64,000 nt of DNA. Source: a bacterium (GTDB lineage Bacteria; Zhuqueibacterota; Zhuqueibacteria; Residuimicrobiales; Krinioviventaceae). The notes under the pieces are model-generated. The model worked only from the letters and a program-made list of their open reading frames with translations. It was not told where the DNA came from and did no database searches. How positions within the stretch are numbered: the first letter of the stretch is position 1; each line of letters begins with the position of its first letter. The DNA lies in the NCBI GenBank assembly GCA_963674595.2, contig CAXXFV010000023.1, forward strand, positions 256,001 through 320,000. Reading direction: 5' to 3'. The translations under genes were made by a program, and so were the position numbers. Positions 48,103-57,752 of the stretch are shown here, piece by piece.

Positions 48103-48786
48103 ATGTGGTTTCTGAAAAAAAACGAACAGATAAGTCTGGTTAAACTGGCCTATCAGGAAACAATAACCATGATGGAACTGGGCCATCAAATGTTTAAAAT
48201 GGTTACCGAAGTTTTGATTGAAGATACAAAACAGGGAAAACTGGACAAGATTCAAAAGATGGACAAAAAAATAAATCGTTATCATCGGGATGTCCGGAAA
48301 AAAATCTATGAACATTTGTCTATTTCTCATGGTAAGGATTTGTTTGAATCTTTGGTCATTCTTATCGCTGTTGATGATTCGGAGAGAATTGGGGATTATA
48401 ATAAAAATATCGCAGAATTGATTGAAATGATGCCTAAAAGAACAAATTTTAGCGAATATGATAAAATATTTAAAAACATATGGAATACAACAGATAACTA
48501 TTTTGTAAAAACCCTTCAAGCGTATAAAAACGATGATGAAAAGCTCGCTTCAGAGTTGTTAAAAGAATATACAGAGAATGCGGAAAAATGTGAAAAACTG
48601 ATTCGTGATATTATGCTGGCTGATAAAAAAGCCACGGAAGTCAGGAAGGATTATATTGTATTGTTATTGTTGATGCGATATTTTAAACGGCTGAACGCCC
48701 ATTTGAAAAATATTGCATCAACTGTTGTCAATCCCTTTCACCGGATTGGTTATAGCCCCAAAAAGAAACATTTAAAGAAAAAATAA
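48103..48786 (+). CDS. PhoU-domain protein
   Basis: DKKIN..RKKI, DSERIGDYNKN, KRLNAHLKNIA; ATG 48103 after a GGAGG RBS; follows the Na/Pi transporter. Confidence 0.85.
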   Translation: MWFLKKNEQISLVKLAYQETITMMELGHQMFKMVTEVLIEDTKQGKLDKIQKMDKKINRYHRDVRKKIYEHLSISHGKDLFESLVILIAVDDSERIGDYNKNIAELIEMMPKRTNFSEYDKIFKNIWNTTDNYFVKTLQAYKNDDEKLASELLKEYTENAEKCEKLIRDIMLADKKATEVRKDYIVLLLLMRYFKRLNAHLKNIASTVVNPFHRIGYSPKKKHLKKK

Positions 48787-48789
48787 CGT

Positions 48790-49881
48790 TTAAACAGCAA
48801 AACGGAATGAAATAATATCGCCATCTTTAACGATATATTCTTTTCCTTCCAAACGAAGAACGCCGTCTGTTTTACATTGATTTAATGTACCGCGCTGGAT
48901 AAAATCATCATAATGGACAACTTCAGCGCGAATAAATCCCCGTTCAATATCCGAATGAATCTCTCCGGCGGCTTGCGGCGCTTTGGTGTTGTGAGTGATC
49001 GTCCAGGCCCGAACTTCATCACTCCCGACCGTAAAGAATGATAATAATCCCAATAAATCATAAGAAGCCCGAATAAGTCTGGACATTGCCGAATCGGTAA
49101 GCCCGAGATCACTTCTGAAAATTTCTGCTTCTTCTTCAGACAATTGTTGAATTTCCATTTCAATTTGTGATGAAATACAAACTGTTGATGTTTTGGGAAA
49201 ATTTGCTTTTTCTGAAAATTGCGAAATGATTTTTTGTTCTTCAGAAATATCCTGTTCGGAAATATTGGCGACTATGATATGGGGTTTTAATGTCAGGAAT
49301 TGATAGCCCCTTACAATCAGTTCCTCATCAGCGGTCATACTCATACACCGCAAAGGTTGTTCGTTTTCAAGCTGGTCTTTAAATTTTTCCAGCAAATTAT
49401 ATTCCCGCACATCCTGGTCATTTTTTTGCGCCCTGAGCGTTCTTTGCAAACGCTGCATCCGGTTTTCTATGATTGCCAAATCACTTAATATAAACTCAGA
49501 TTCAATATAGGCCAGGTCCCTGACCGGATCAATCGTATTCAACGGATGGGGGACGTTATCATCTTCATAGGCCCTTACAACCACAAGAATTGCATCGACA
49601 GTTCGAATTTGGCCGAGAAAGTTGTCGCTAAAACCCTGCTTTTTCTGTTCAGATGTTGAAAGACCGCCCAAATCAATATAATCTATAGTGGCAGGAATTT
49701 TTTTCTTTGGCTGAAAAATTTCCGTCAGTTTTTCTACACGTTCATCCGGCACTTTAATTGTGGATTGATGAGCTTCGTCCTTTCCGCCGCTATAGGATGT
49801 TGTATCGACATGCGCCCCTGTCAGGGCGTTAAATAATGTTGTTTTGCCTGAAAAAGGCAAACCGACAATTCCAATTTTCAT
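48790..49881 (-). CDS. ychF: Redox-regulated ATPase YchF
   Basis: GIVGLPFSGKTTLFNALT, VPDER, LTLKP, FFTVGSDEVRAW, AAGEIHSD..RGFIRAEV, EGKEYIVKDGD. Confidence 0.96.
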   Translation of the reverse strand: MKIGIVGLPFSGKTTLFNALTGAHVDTTSYSGGKDEAHQSTIKVPDERVEKLTEIFQPKKKIPATIDYIDLGGLSTSEQKKQGFSDNFLGQIRTVDAILVVVRAYEDDNVPHPLNTIDPVRDLAYIESEFILSDLAIIENRMQRLQRTLRAQKNDQDVREYNLLEKFKDQLENEQPLRCMSMTADEELIVRGYQFLTLKPHIIVANISEQDISEEQKIISQFSEKANFPKTSTVCISSQIEMEIQQLSEEEAEIFRSDLGLTDSAMSRLIRASYDLLGLLSFFTVGSDEVRAWTITHNTKAPQAAGEIHSDIERGFIRAEVVHYDDFIQRGTLNQCKTDGVLRLEGKEYIVKDGDIISFRFAV

Positions 49882-50090
49882 CTATTTACTCTTTTTATAT
49901 TTTTTTTAATTATTTAAGACTGAAATATAGTCGAAACAGTAACGATTTGCAAGTAAAAAGATAGAACTGTATTATTAACAGACTGATAATTTATACAAAT
50001 TGTTTTAATGATGCATTTATTATTTTTAAAAGTGAATAAAATTTTATACTTTAAAAATCAAACTGAAAATGGTTTTTTATGAGGTTATAA

Positions 50091-50912
50091 ATGATAAACA
50101 AAAAAACAAACGGTTCTATAGTCTGCCCCAGTTGCGGCCGTCTTATTTCAGCGAATTCAAAAGTATGTATGCATTGCGGACGTAAAAATCCCGGACTGTG
50201 GGGCTATGGCCCGTCTATAAACAAAATATTGGCAAACCTGTCCGGACCCACTCAATATATTATTGCCGCCTGCGTTGCCCTTTATGTTATATCACTGTTG
50301 ATAGATCCCAGGGTTATTTTTCAATCCATGAGCCCGTTTTCACTTTTTTCACCAAGTCGAGATGCATTAGAACAAATGGGTATGACTGGAAATGTAGAAC
50401 TGTTAAAGGGGCATTGGTATACCATGATTACGGCGATTTATTTACACGGTGGTGTGCTTCATATTCTTTTTAATATGCTGTGGTTAAATCAACTTGGACC
50501 GATGGTGGAGCAGTTGTTTGGCCGTTCCAGAATGTTTTTGATTTTTACGTTTGCCGGTTTTTTCGGTTTTTTTCTGTCAAACATATTTGGGATTTCCGCC
50601 ACGATCGGAGCTTCCGGTTCTGTATTTGGTTTATTAGGAGCGCTTGTATATTACGGACGAAAAAGGGGCGGAGCTTTTGGCACTGCTATTTATAAACAGG
50701 TCGGTATATGGGCTGTGGTTTTATTTGTATTCGGATTTATGATGCCGGGTGTTAATAATTTTGCTCATTTCGGCGGATTTGCCGGCGGTTATGTATCGGC
50801 CTTTATATTGGGTTTCCATGAAGAACGTTTTGAAACAAAAAATCATCGTCGGTTAGGTCTCATTGCAGCCGCTTTTACGGTTATTTCATTTTTACTGGTT
50901 TGGTTTTTTTAA
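50091..50912 (+). CDS. Rhomboid intramembrane serine protease with N-terminal zinc ribbon
   Basis: CPSCG..CMHCG; HILFNM, GASG (Ser), AHFGG (His). Confidence 0.92.
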   Translation: MINKKTNGSIVCPSCGRLISANSKVCMHCGRKNPGLWGYGPSINKILANLSGPTQYIIAACVALYVISLLIDPRVIFQSMSPFSLFSPSRDALEQMGMTGNVELLKGHWYTMITAIYLHGGVLHILFNMLWLNQLGPMVEQLFGRSRMFLIFTFAGFFGFFLSNIFGISATIGASGSVFGLLGALVYYGRKRGGAFGTAIYKQVGIWAVVLFVFGFMMPGVNNFAHFGGFAGGYVSAFILGFHEERFETKNHRRLGLIAAAFTVISFLLVWFF

Positions 50913-50943
50913 GGGATTAGCTAACGAATTTATAGGATTGTCA

Positions 50944-52509
50944 ATGGATTACGATTATCTTGTTATTGGTTCCGGATTCGGTGGGAGTGTATCAGCACTT
51001 CGTTTGGCGGAAAAAGGTTACAAGGTCTGTGTTTGTGAGCAGGGGAAACGTTATCGCGATGTTGATTTTGCCGATACAAACTGGCAGTTGTGGAAATGGC
51101 TGTGGATGCCGAAATTGTTTTGCCACGGTATTCAGCGGTTAACGTTCCTTAAAAATGCGTTGATATTAAGCGGTGCAGGTGTCGGCGGCGGCAGCCTTGG
51201 GTATTGCGCTGTTTTGCTGGAACCTGGGAAACCTTTTTTCACAGACCCTCAATGGTCTGAACTGGATGACTGGCAGAACAAGCTGTCCTCATATTATGCC
51301 ACGGCACGCCGGATGCTGGGCGTCACCCCAAATCCTAAAATGTGGGAAAGCGATCAATTGGTTAAGGAATATGCTCAGGATATTGGCCGCCTGGATCATT
51401 TCGAACCGACAAATGTTGGTATCTTTTTTTCGGAAAACGGGGAAACGGTACCAGACCCCTTTTTTGACGGCAAAGGCCCTGAACGAAAGGGTTGTGACCA
51501 TAGCGGCCGCTGCATGGTGGGATGTAAAAACGGTGGTAAAAATTCCCTGGATCGAAATTATCTTTACCTTGCCGAAAATATGGGAGTGGAAATCCGGCCG
51601 GAGACGGAAGTAACGTTGGTTAAAGAAATTCCGGGTGGATACGAGGTTTATACAAAAAAATCAACGGCCCTTTTTTCACGACAAAAAAGCGTTATAAGAA
51701 CAAAAGGAATCGTTTTTTCTGCGGGTGCACTCGGCTCAACACGGCTGTTAATGACATGTAAAAACAAAAAGACCTTGCCGGGATTGTCAAGCCAGCTTGG
51801 AAAAACAATGCGCACCAACAGTGAAGTGCTGATCGGAGCGTCTTCAAAAAGAAACAATCGTGATTTTAGCAAGGGCATTTCCATTACTTCCAGTTTATAT
51901 GTGAATGACACGACACATATTGAACCGGTGCGTTACCCGGCCGGTTCGGATGCCATGTTCTGGCTGTCCACAATGATTACGGACAGCGGTACCCGTTTAA
52001 CCCGGCCCTTGAAATATTTGTGGAATTGTCTGCGGCACCCGATAAAATTTCTTTATACTCTGAATCCGTTTGGCTGGGCAAAAAAAACCGTTATTCTGCT
52101 GGTCATGCAAAATCTCGATAACAAGCTTTCCCTTTCTTTAAAAAGAAAGTTGTACTGGCCGTTTTCTTATAAATTCAGCACAGGCAAGGAAAACAGTTCC
52201 ATTCCAACCTACATTCCCGAGGCTAATGCCGCCGCACGTGCCATTGCAGAGAAAATGGACGGTATTCCGCAAAGTGCTATTACTGAAGTATTATTGAACA
52301 AACCCATTTCCGCTCATATTTTGGGAGGATGTGTTATCGGTAAAGATTCGGAATGTGGGGTTGTTAACCAAAGATGTGAGGTTTTTGGTTATAAAAATAT
52401 GTATGTGATTGACGGCGCGGTTGTTCCGGCTAATTTGGGCGTCAATCCGAGTTTAACAATTACAGCCATTGCCGAGTATGCAATGGACCAAATTCCAATG
52501 AAAAGCTAA
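50944..52509 (+). CDS. GMC-family FAD oxidoreductase (cholesterol oxidase ChoD-like)
   Basis: IGSGFGGSV, GAGVGGGS, KNSLDRNYLYLAE, RTNSE, HILGGC, NLGVNPSLTITAIAE. Start at ATG 50944 (ORF track 50863). Confidence 0.9.
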   Translation: MDYDYLVIGSGFGGSVSALRLAEKGYKVCVCEQGKRYRDVDFADTNWQLWKWLWMPKLFCHGIQRLTFLKNALILSGAGVGGGSLGYCAVLLEPGKPFFTDPQWSELDDWQNKLSSYYATARRMLGVTPNPKMWESDQLVKEYAQDIGRLDHFEPTNVGIFFSENGETVPDPFFDGKGPERKGCDHSGRCMVGCKNGGKNSLDRNYLYLAENMGVEIRPETEVTLVKEIPGGYEVYTKKSTALFSRQKSVIRTKGIVFSAGALGSTRLLMTCKNKKTLPGLSSQLGKTMRTNSEVLIGASSKRNNRDFSKGISITSSLYVNDTTHIEPVRYPAGSDAMFWLSTMITDSGTRLTRPLKYLWNCLRHPIKFLYTLNPFGWAKKTVILLVMQNLDNKLSLSLKRKLYWPFSYKFSTGKENSSIPTYIPEANAAARAIAEKMDGIPQSAITEVLLNKPISAHILGGCVIGKDSECGVVNQRCEVFGYKNMYVIDGAVVPANLGVNPSLTITAIAEYAMDQIPMKS

Positions 52510-52521
52510 ACTGATACGAAC

Positions 52522-54120
52522 ATGAAATCTGAAAATCAACTGGTATCCATCAATCCAACAACCGGGCAGCAATTCGGAAGTTTGGATGTTATATCTCAAG
52601 AGCAACTGGACATTATTATTTCCAAAGCGCATTCCAAATCTGATGAATGGGCAAAAACAAGCATTTCGGAACGTATTAAATATTTACAAAAACTGTCTGA
52701 CGTTATTCTTGAAGAGAAAAACGAGATTGCCAAACTTGTTGCAGAAGAACAGGGCAAGCCGGTTGGTGAAGCGCTTGGCGCTGAGGTGCTGGCGGTTTTG
52801 GCTATTTTAAAAGATTTGATAAAAAATGCCAAAAAAATACTCGTAAAAGATAAAGTGCCGCATGAACAAATTTTATTTGCTCATAAAAAAAGTCATTATA
52901 ATTATGTGCCCTTTGGTGTGGTTGCCATTATTTCACCCTGGAATTACCCCTTTTCCGTACCGGTCCCTGAAATAGCGGCTGCATTGGTTGCGGGTAATAC
53001 GGTTGTTTTTAAACCGGCGCCGCAAACCATTTTTGTTGGTAAATGTATTGATGAACTGTTTAAAAAGGCCGGGTTCCCCGAGTATGTGATGAATACGGTT
53101 TTTGTAACGGACCATGTTGCCCCTTTTATCACCACCCATCCGGATGTTAGGAAAATTGTTTTTACCGGCAGTACCGAGGTCGGCAAAAAAATTATGAAAG
53201 CCGCTTCCGACCACCTTAAACCTGTGGTTTTGGAACTCGGCGGTAAAGATGCCGCCGTCGTTGCTGGTGACGCCAATTTGCAGCGCGCCGCCAAAGGCAT
53301 TGTTTGGGGTGCCTTTTTTTCAACAGGACAGGTTTGCGCTTCGGTTGAGCGGGTTTATGTCGTTAAAGAGGTTGCTGAGCAATTTTTAGAATTATGCGTC
53401 AAAGAAACCGGCCTGCTCAAAGTCGGTAATCCTTTAGAACATGATACCGATATGGGCCCGCTTAGTACGGCTGAACAGATGGAAAATTTTCAGGCCCACA
53501 TTCAAGATGCCGTTGAAAAGGGCGCCAAAGTGTTGGTTGGCGGTAAAAAAATCCCCGGACCGGGTTTTTTCTTTGAACCCACGGTTCTATCTCATGCAGA
53601 CCATTCCATGAAAATTATGACCCATGAAACCTTTGGACCGGCTTTGCCCATTATGATCGTGGATTCCCTGGATGAAGCTATTCGAATGGCGAACGATTGT
53701 GATTTTGGCTTGTCAGCATTTGGCTGGACCCAAAGTCGAAAAACTGCTCAAAGGTTAATGAATGAATTACAAGCCGGGACTGTTCTGATTAATGACAGTA
53801 CCGTGACCTGGGGCGAACCGAACGCGCCCTGGGGCGGTATGAAACAAAGCGGTATCGGCCGAACCCGGGCACGGTTTGGATTGCTGGAAATGGTACAGGT
53901 AAAATATACCTGTATGGATAAAGGAAACAATGATTATAATCCCTGGTGGTTTCCCTATAACCAGGAACTTGTTTCACTGTTTCAATCGGCTTTGGATTTG
54001 TTGTTTACAAAAAATATTTTTATAAAAATTAAAAAACTGGTTTTCCTGTTGACCCTGAAGCGTTTTACCAAAACCGCCCACTGGACGGCTGTTTTTAAAA
54101 ATTTGAAAAAATTGTTTTAA
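52522..54120 (+). CDS. Aldehyde dehydrogenase family protein
   Basis: PWNYP, FTGSTEVG, LELGGKD, GQVCAS (catalytic Cys), ETFGP, PWGGMKQSG. Confidence 0.95.
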   Translation: MKSENQLVSINPTTGQQFGSLDVISQEQLDIIISKAHSKSDEWAKTSISERIKYLQKLSDVILEEKNEIAKLVAEEQGKPVGEALGAEVLAVLAILKDLIKNAKKILVKDKVPHEQILFAHKKSHYNYVPFGVVAIISPWNYPFSVPVPEIAAALVAGNTVVFKPAPQTIFVGKCIDELFKKAGFPEYVMNTVFVTDHVAPFITTHPDVRKIVFTGSTEVGKKIMKAASDHLKPVVLELGGKDAAVVAGDANLQRAAKGIVWGAFFSTGQVCASVERVYVVKEVAEQFLELCVKETGLLKVGNPLEHDTDMGPLSTAEQMENFQAHIQDAVEKGAKVLVGGKKIPGPGFFFEPTVLSHADHSMKIMTHETFGPALPIMIVDSLDEAIRMANDCDFGLSAFGWTQSRKTAQRLMNELQAGTVLINDSTVTWGEPNAPWGGMKQSGIGRTRARFGLLEMVQVKYTCMDKGNNDYNPWWFPYNQELVSLFQSALDLLFTKNIFIKIKKLVFLLTLKRFTKTAHWTAVFKNLKKLF

Positions 54121-54936
54121 ATGAAAATTTCTGTCATTATACCTGCTTTTAACCGTGCTTCTTTTGTTGTTGAGGCGTTGAATTCCGTGTTGAAACAACG
54201 TGAAAAACCGGATGAAATCATCATCGTTGATGATGGATCAGAGGATGAAACGCAGTCGCTTTTGCAGCCTTTTCAGGATAAGGTAAAAATTATCCATCAA
54301 AAAAACAGTGGTGTTTCCGCAGCCAGGAATACCGGTATTAAAGCCGCTTCACATGAATGGCTCTCTTTTTTGGATTCGGATGATCTGTGGAAAACCAAAA
54401 AACTGCTTCGGCAAAAGGAAATGCTGACGCAATATCCGGACTATAAAATATGTTATACCGATGAAGAATGGCGCAAGGACGGAAAATGGATGAATCAGGG
54501 AAAGAGACACCAAAAATATTCCGGAAATATTTACCCGAACTGCCTTCCTTTGTGTATTATCAGTCCGTCGTCCGTTATTATTCACAAGAGTGTTTTGGAC
54601 CAGATCGGCTTGTTTGATGAATCTTTACCTGCCTGCGAAGATTATGATTTGTGGTTGCGAATTTCTGCTTTATATCCGATATTGTTTATCCCGGAACGAT
54701 TGATTGTAAAACGGGCCGGTGACTGGCCCCAGCTTTCAAAACAGCACAGCCTGGACAAATATCGTATTCTGGCTTTGGTAAAAATGATGGATTCCGGCAG
54801 CATCCCTGCTGAACATGAAAAAGAAACTCTAGACGAGCTGGTGCAAAAATGCCGGATATATAAACTCGGCTGTGAAAAATATAATAAAGCTGACGAAATC
54901 GAATGGATTGACAAACTCCTCAACCGTTTCGCTTGA
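54121..54936 (+). CDS. Glycosyltransferase family 2
   Basis: SVIIPAFNR, VDDGS, GVSAARN, FLDSDD, EDYDLWLR. Confidence 0.93.
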   Translation: MKISVIIPAFNRASFVVEALNSVLKQREKPDEIIIVDDGSEDETQSLLQPFQDKVKIIHQKNSGVSAARNTGIKAASHEWLSFLDSDDLWKTKKLLRQKEMLTQYPDYKICYTDEEWRKDGKWMNQGKRHQKYSGNIYPNCLPLCIISPSSVIIHKSVLDQIGLFDESLPACEDYDLWLRISALYPILFIPERLIVKRAGDWPQLSKQHSLDKYRILALVKMMDSGSIPAEHEKETLDELVQKCRIYKLGCEKYNKADEIEWIDKLLNRFA

Positions 54937-54992
54937 GAGGGGTTGCAATAGAGTATGATTTATATAAAGAATAATTTTGAAAGGTAATATAA

Positions 54993-55874
54993 ATGGAAAA
55001 AATTGGATTTATCGGTCTTGGCATAATGGGACAGCCGATGTGTTTAAATTTACTCAAGGCCGGATTTGAGGTTACAGCATATAATCGTACCACATCTAAA
55101 CTGGATGCGGTTAAAAAAGCCGGGGCTGTTGCGGCTGATTCGCCGAAACAGGTCGCCGAACAGTCAGATATTATTATCACTATAGTCACGGACTCTGCAG
55201 ATGTAGAACAGGTGATACTTGGTACAAACGGCGTGATAGAAGGTGTTTCTGCTGAGAATGTTGTTATTGATATGAGCACCATTTCACCGTCCGTAACGAA
55301 AAATATTGCAGCGGCTCTTTTTGAAAAAGGTGTTCACATGCTGGACGCGCCCGTCAGTGGTGGAGATTCCGGCGCTATAGCCGGAACATTGGCGATTATG
55401 GTTGGCGGTAAAAAGGAAATTGTAAATCGATGTCTGCCTTTTTTTCAGGCAATGGGAAAAACCATTACCCATGTTGGTGATCATGGCATGGGTCAAACCG
55501 TCAAGTTGTGCAATCAAATTTTGGTTTCGGTAACCAATATGGCTGTTTGCGAAGCGGTGACTTTTGCTCAAAAAGCCGGTGTTGATCCCAATGTTATGAT
55601 CGAAGCCACAAAGAACGGGGCAGCCGGTTCCTGGCAATTGTCAAACCTGGGACCTAAAATGGTGGCCGACGATTTTAATCCCGGCTTTATGATAGATTTA
55701 CAGCAAAAAGATTTACGGCTGGCCCTTGAAGCGGCCCGTGAACTGGATATGCCGCTTCCTGCTCTGGGTCTTGTCCATCAATTATTTCTCGGGTGTCAGG
55801 CTCTTGGCGAAGGACTGGAAGGGACGCAGGCTTTGGTGAAATCGTTGCGGCGTCTTTCCGGCACTCAAAAATAG
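54993..55874 (+). CDS. Beta-hydroxyacid dehydrogenase (2-hydroxy-3-oxopropionate reductase / 3-hydroxyisobutyrate dehydrogenase family)
   Basis: GFIGLGIMG, DMSTISP, DAPVSGG, KLCNQ, F..DLQQKDL. Confidence 0.92.
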   Translation: MEKIGFIGLGIMGQPMCLNLLKAGFEVTAYNRTTSKLDAVKKAGAVAADSPKQVAEQSDIIITIVTDSADVEQVILGTNGVIEGVSAENVVIDMSTISPSVTKNIAAALFEKGVHMLDAPVSGGDSGAIAGTLAIMVGGKKEIVNRCLPFFQAMGKTITHVGDHGMGQTVKLCNQILVSVTNMAVCEAVTFAQKAGVDPNVMIEATKNGAAGSWQLSNLGPKMVADDFNPGFMIDLQQKDLRLALEAARELDMPLPALGLVHQLFLGCQALGEGLEGTQALVKSLRRLSGTQK

Positions 55875-55901
55875 AAAATTAACGATACTTTGTAATCATA
55901 C

Positions 55902-57725
55902 ATGGTATCCGGAGAATTTGATTTGCAGCACCGGCTTTTAAAATATGTGATTCTTGCAGGATTGTTTTTTTATTCAACTATCCTGGCTGTGGAACCGCAT
56001 CGTTCTGCTGACTTTATGGTTTCCTCAAACGGTCATTGTTTGATTGCCTATCATCATAATTCCCGTAAAGTTGACGGATTTTTTCCCCACCTGCCGGATA
56101 GCTGGGACGTTGGTGAAAAAACACCAAATCTGATAAAAGCCGCCGGATTCAAAATCAAAATCGATGATGTATCTCTTGATCTGGACCGTCTTCCTGTTAT
56201 CAATGCCGGTTATATCAACGGAACAGGTATTATTCGCATTGAACAAAAAACAGATAAATTGAAAATTACCACCTATGTCTGGGCGCCGATGACCTTTGAA
56301 TTCAAGTCCCTGTTTTTGATGGTTGATGTGGAAACAGAGGATTTGTTGTTAAGGCCGAAAAATTTTGAACCCTATTTTATTTCTGATTGTGAGTATCTTG
56401 AAGGTGTTCGCTGTCAGGATTTGGATGTCGGCAGGTTTCAGGTTTGTCAGGCTGTAATCTATACTCCGGGAATTGCTGAAGAAACTCTGGAGGTAATGCG
56501 TAAGGAACTGGCGCTTGCCAAACCTCTTCTTTTGCTGGAGGCCGAACAGAGGAACTGGATGCATTGGCATCGTATGGGACAGGTGCCGAATTCAATTATC
56601 AGCAAAAAATACAGTGTACTGAAACAATCCCTGGCTTTTTTAAGAATGGCCCAGGTTCAGGAAAAGGGACCGGGATTTGGTCAGATTGTGCAAAATTTAT
56701 CCCCTCATAGTAAAAGTTACGCCCACCCTCGTGATATGGCCTATGCTATCATTGCTCTTTCCCGCACCGGGCATTACTCTGAAGCGAAAAATGCTTTGAC
56801 CTTTATGTTAAATGCCGGCATGGGTATATTTTATAATTATAGGGTCAATGGTGTACAATGGGGAATGCCGCAGCCTTATGTTATCTCTCTTGCTTATTAT
56901 GGCGGTGTTGGTTATGAAAAGACCGATCTGTTAAACGGTGAACCGGCACTTTATTTGGATGCACAGGGTTTATTTCTATGGGCATTGTCCGAATATGCCA
57001 GAGAAAGCACGGATTTTACCTTTGTTTCAAATAACCGGCAAAAGATAATAAAGTATGTCATTAACCCGCTCCTGGCTTCTATTGATGAAACCGGTTTGAT
57101 CCGCAGGGATTCGGGTTTATATAATTATGCAGCACCGGGAGAACATTTCAGTTTTACCTCTCTTTGCGCTTTTAAAGGACTTAATAGTGCCATTACACTG
57201 GCGCATACTGTTGGTGATTATGAGTTGGAAAATTTTTATACCAAAAAAGCTGCTGCTCTCAGAAGTAATATTATGACAAAATTAACAACCGGCAAGGCAA
57301 AATTAATCACCAAAAGTCTGGAAACAACATCTTTTCCGGAATTGTTAGACGGCTCAATGATTGAAGCAGTTAATTGGAGGGTTGTCAAACCGGATTGGAA
57401 AACATCAAATACGATAAAAAAAACATTACAGGTGTTTTTACAGGCTGGTGATAAAAAAAGAGGATTTGTTTCCGGTTATGCCAACGAAAATGAAAAATTA
57501 CCGGAAAATTTGTTTACAAGTTTGCGGTCTGTAAATGCACTCAGAAAGTTGGATGACCAAAAGCGGGCAGACCAGATATTGGATTGGGTCATTGAACAGA
57601 GCGTTCGAAACGGGTGTATGGTACCTGAATATTTTACATTAAAAGAAGCTGATTATCTGGGGAGTTATCCTGTCATCGGACAAGGCGCTGGTGTTTTTAT
57701 TATGGCAGTTATAAATAAAAAATAA
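55902..57725 (+). CDS. Glycoside hydrolase family 15-like (alpha/alpha)6 protein, secreted, possibly inactive
   Basis: Signal-like N-terminus; PRDMAY, GHYSEAK.AL.F, D.QGLFLWAL.EY, VPEY and C-terminal PVIGQGAG. Confidence 0.65.
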   Translation: MVSGEFDLQHRLLKYVILAGLFFYSTILAVEPHRSADFMVSSNGHCLIAYHHNSRKVDGFFPHLPDSWDVGEKTPNLIKAAGFKIKIDDVSLDLDRLPVINAGYINGTGIIRIEQKTDKLKITTYVWAPMTFEFKSLFLMVDVETEDLLLRPKNFEPYFISDCEYLEGVRCQDLDVGRFQVCQAVIYTPGIAEETLEVMRKELALAKPLLLLEAEQRNWMHWHRMGQVPNSIISKKYSVLKQSLAFLRMAQVQEKGPGFGQIVQNLSPHSKSYAHPRDMAYAIIALSRTGHYSEAKNALTFMLNAGMGIFYNYRVNGVQWGMPQPYVISLAYYGGVGYEKTDLLNGEPALYLDAQGLFLWALSEYARESTDFTFVSNNRQKIIKYVINPLLASIDETGLIRRDSGLYNYAAPGEHFSFTSLCAFKGLNSAITLAHTVGDYELENFYTKKAAALRSNIMTKLTTGKAKLITKSLETTSFPELLDGSMIEAVNWRVVKPDWKTSNTIKKTLQVFLQAGDKKRGFVSGYANENEKLPENLFTSLRSVNALRKLDDQKRADQILDWVIEQSVRNGCMVPEYFTLKEADYLGSYPVIGQGAGVFIMAVINKK

Positions 57726-57751
57726 AAAAAGCCGGGTTAACCGGCTTTTTT
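57725..57751. terminator. Bidirectional Rho-independent terminator
   Basis: AAAAAAGCCGG-GTTAA-CCGGCTTTTTT between the convergent GH15-like and pdhC stops. Confidence 0.88.
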
Positions 57752-57752
57752 A

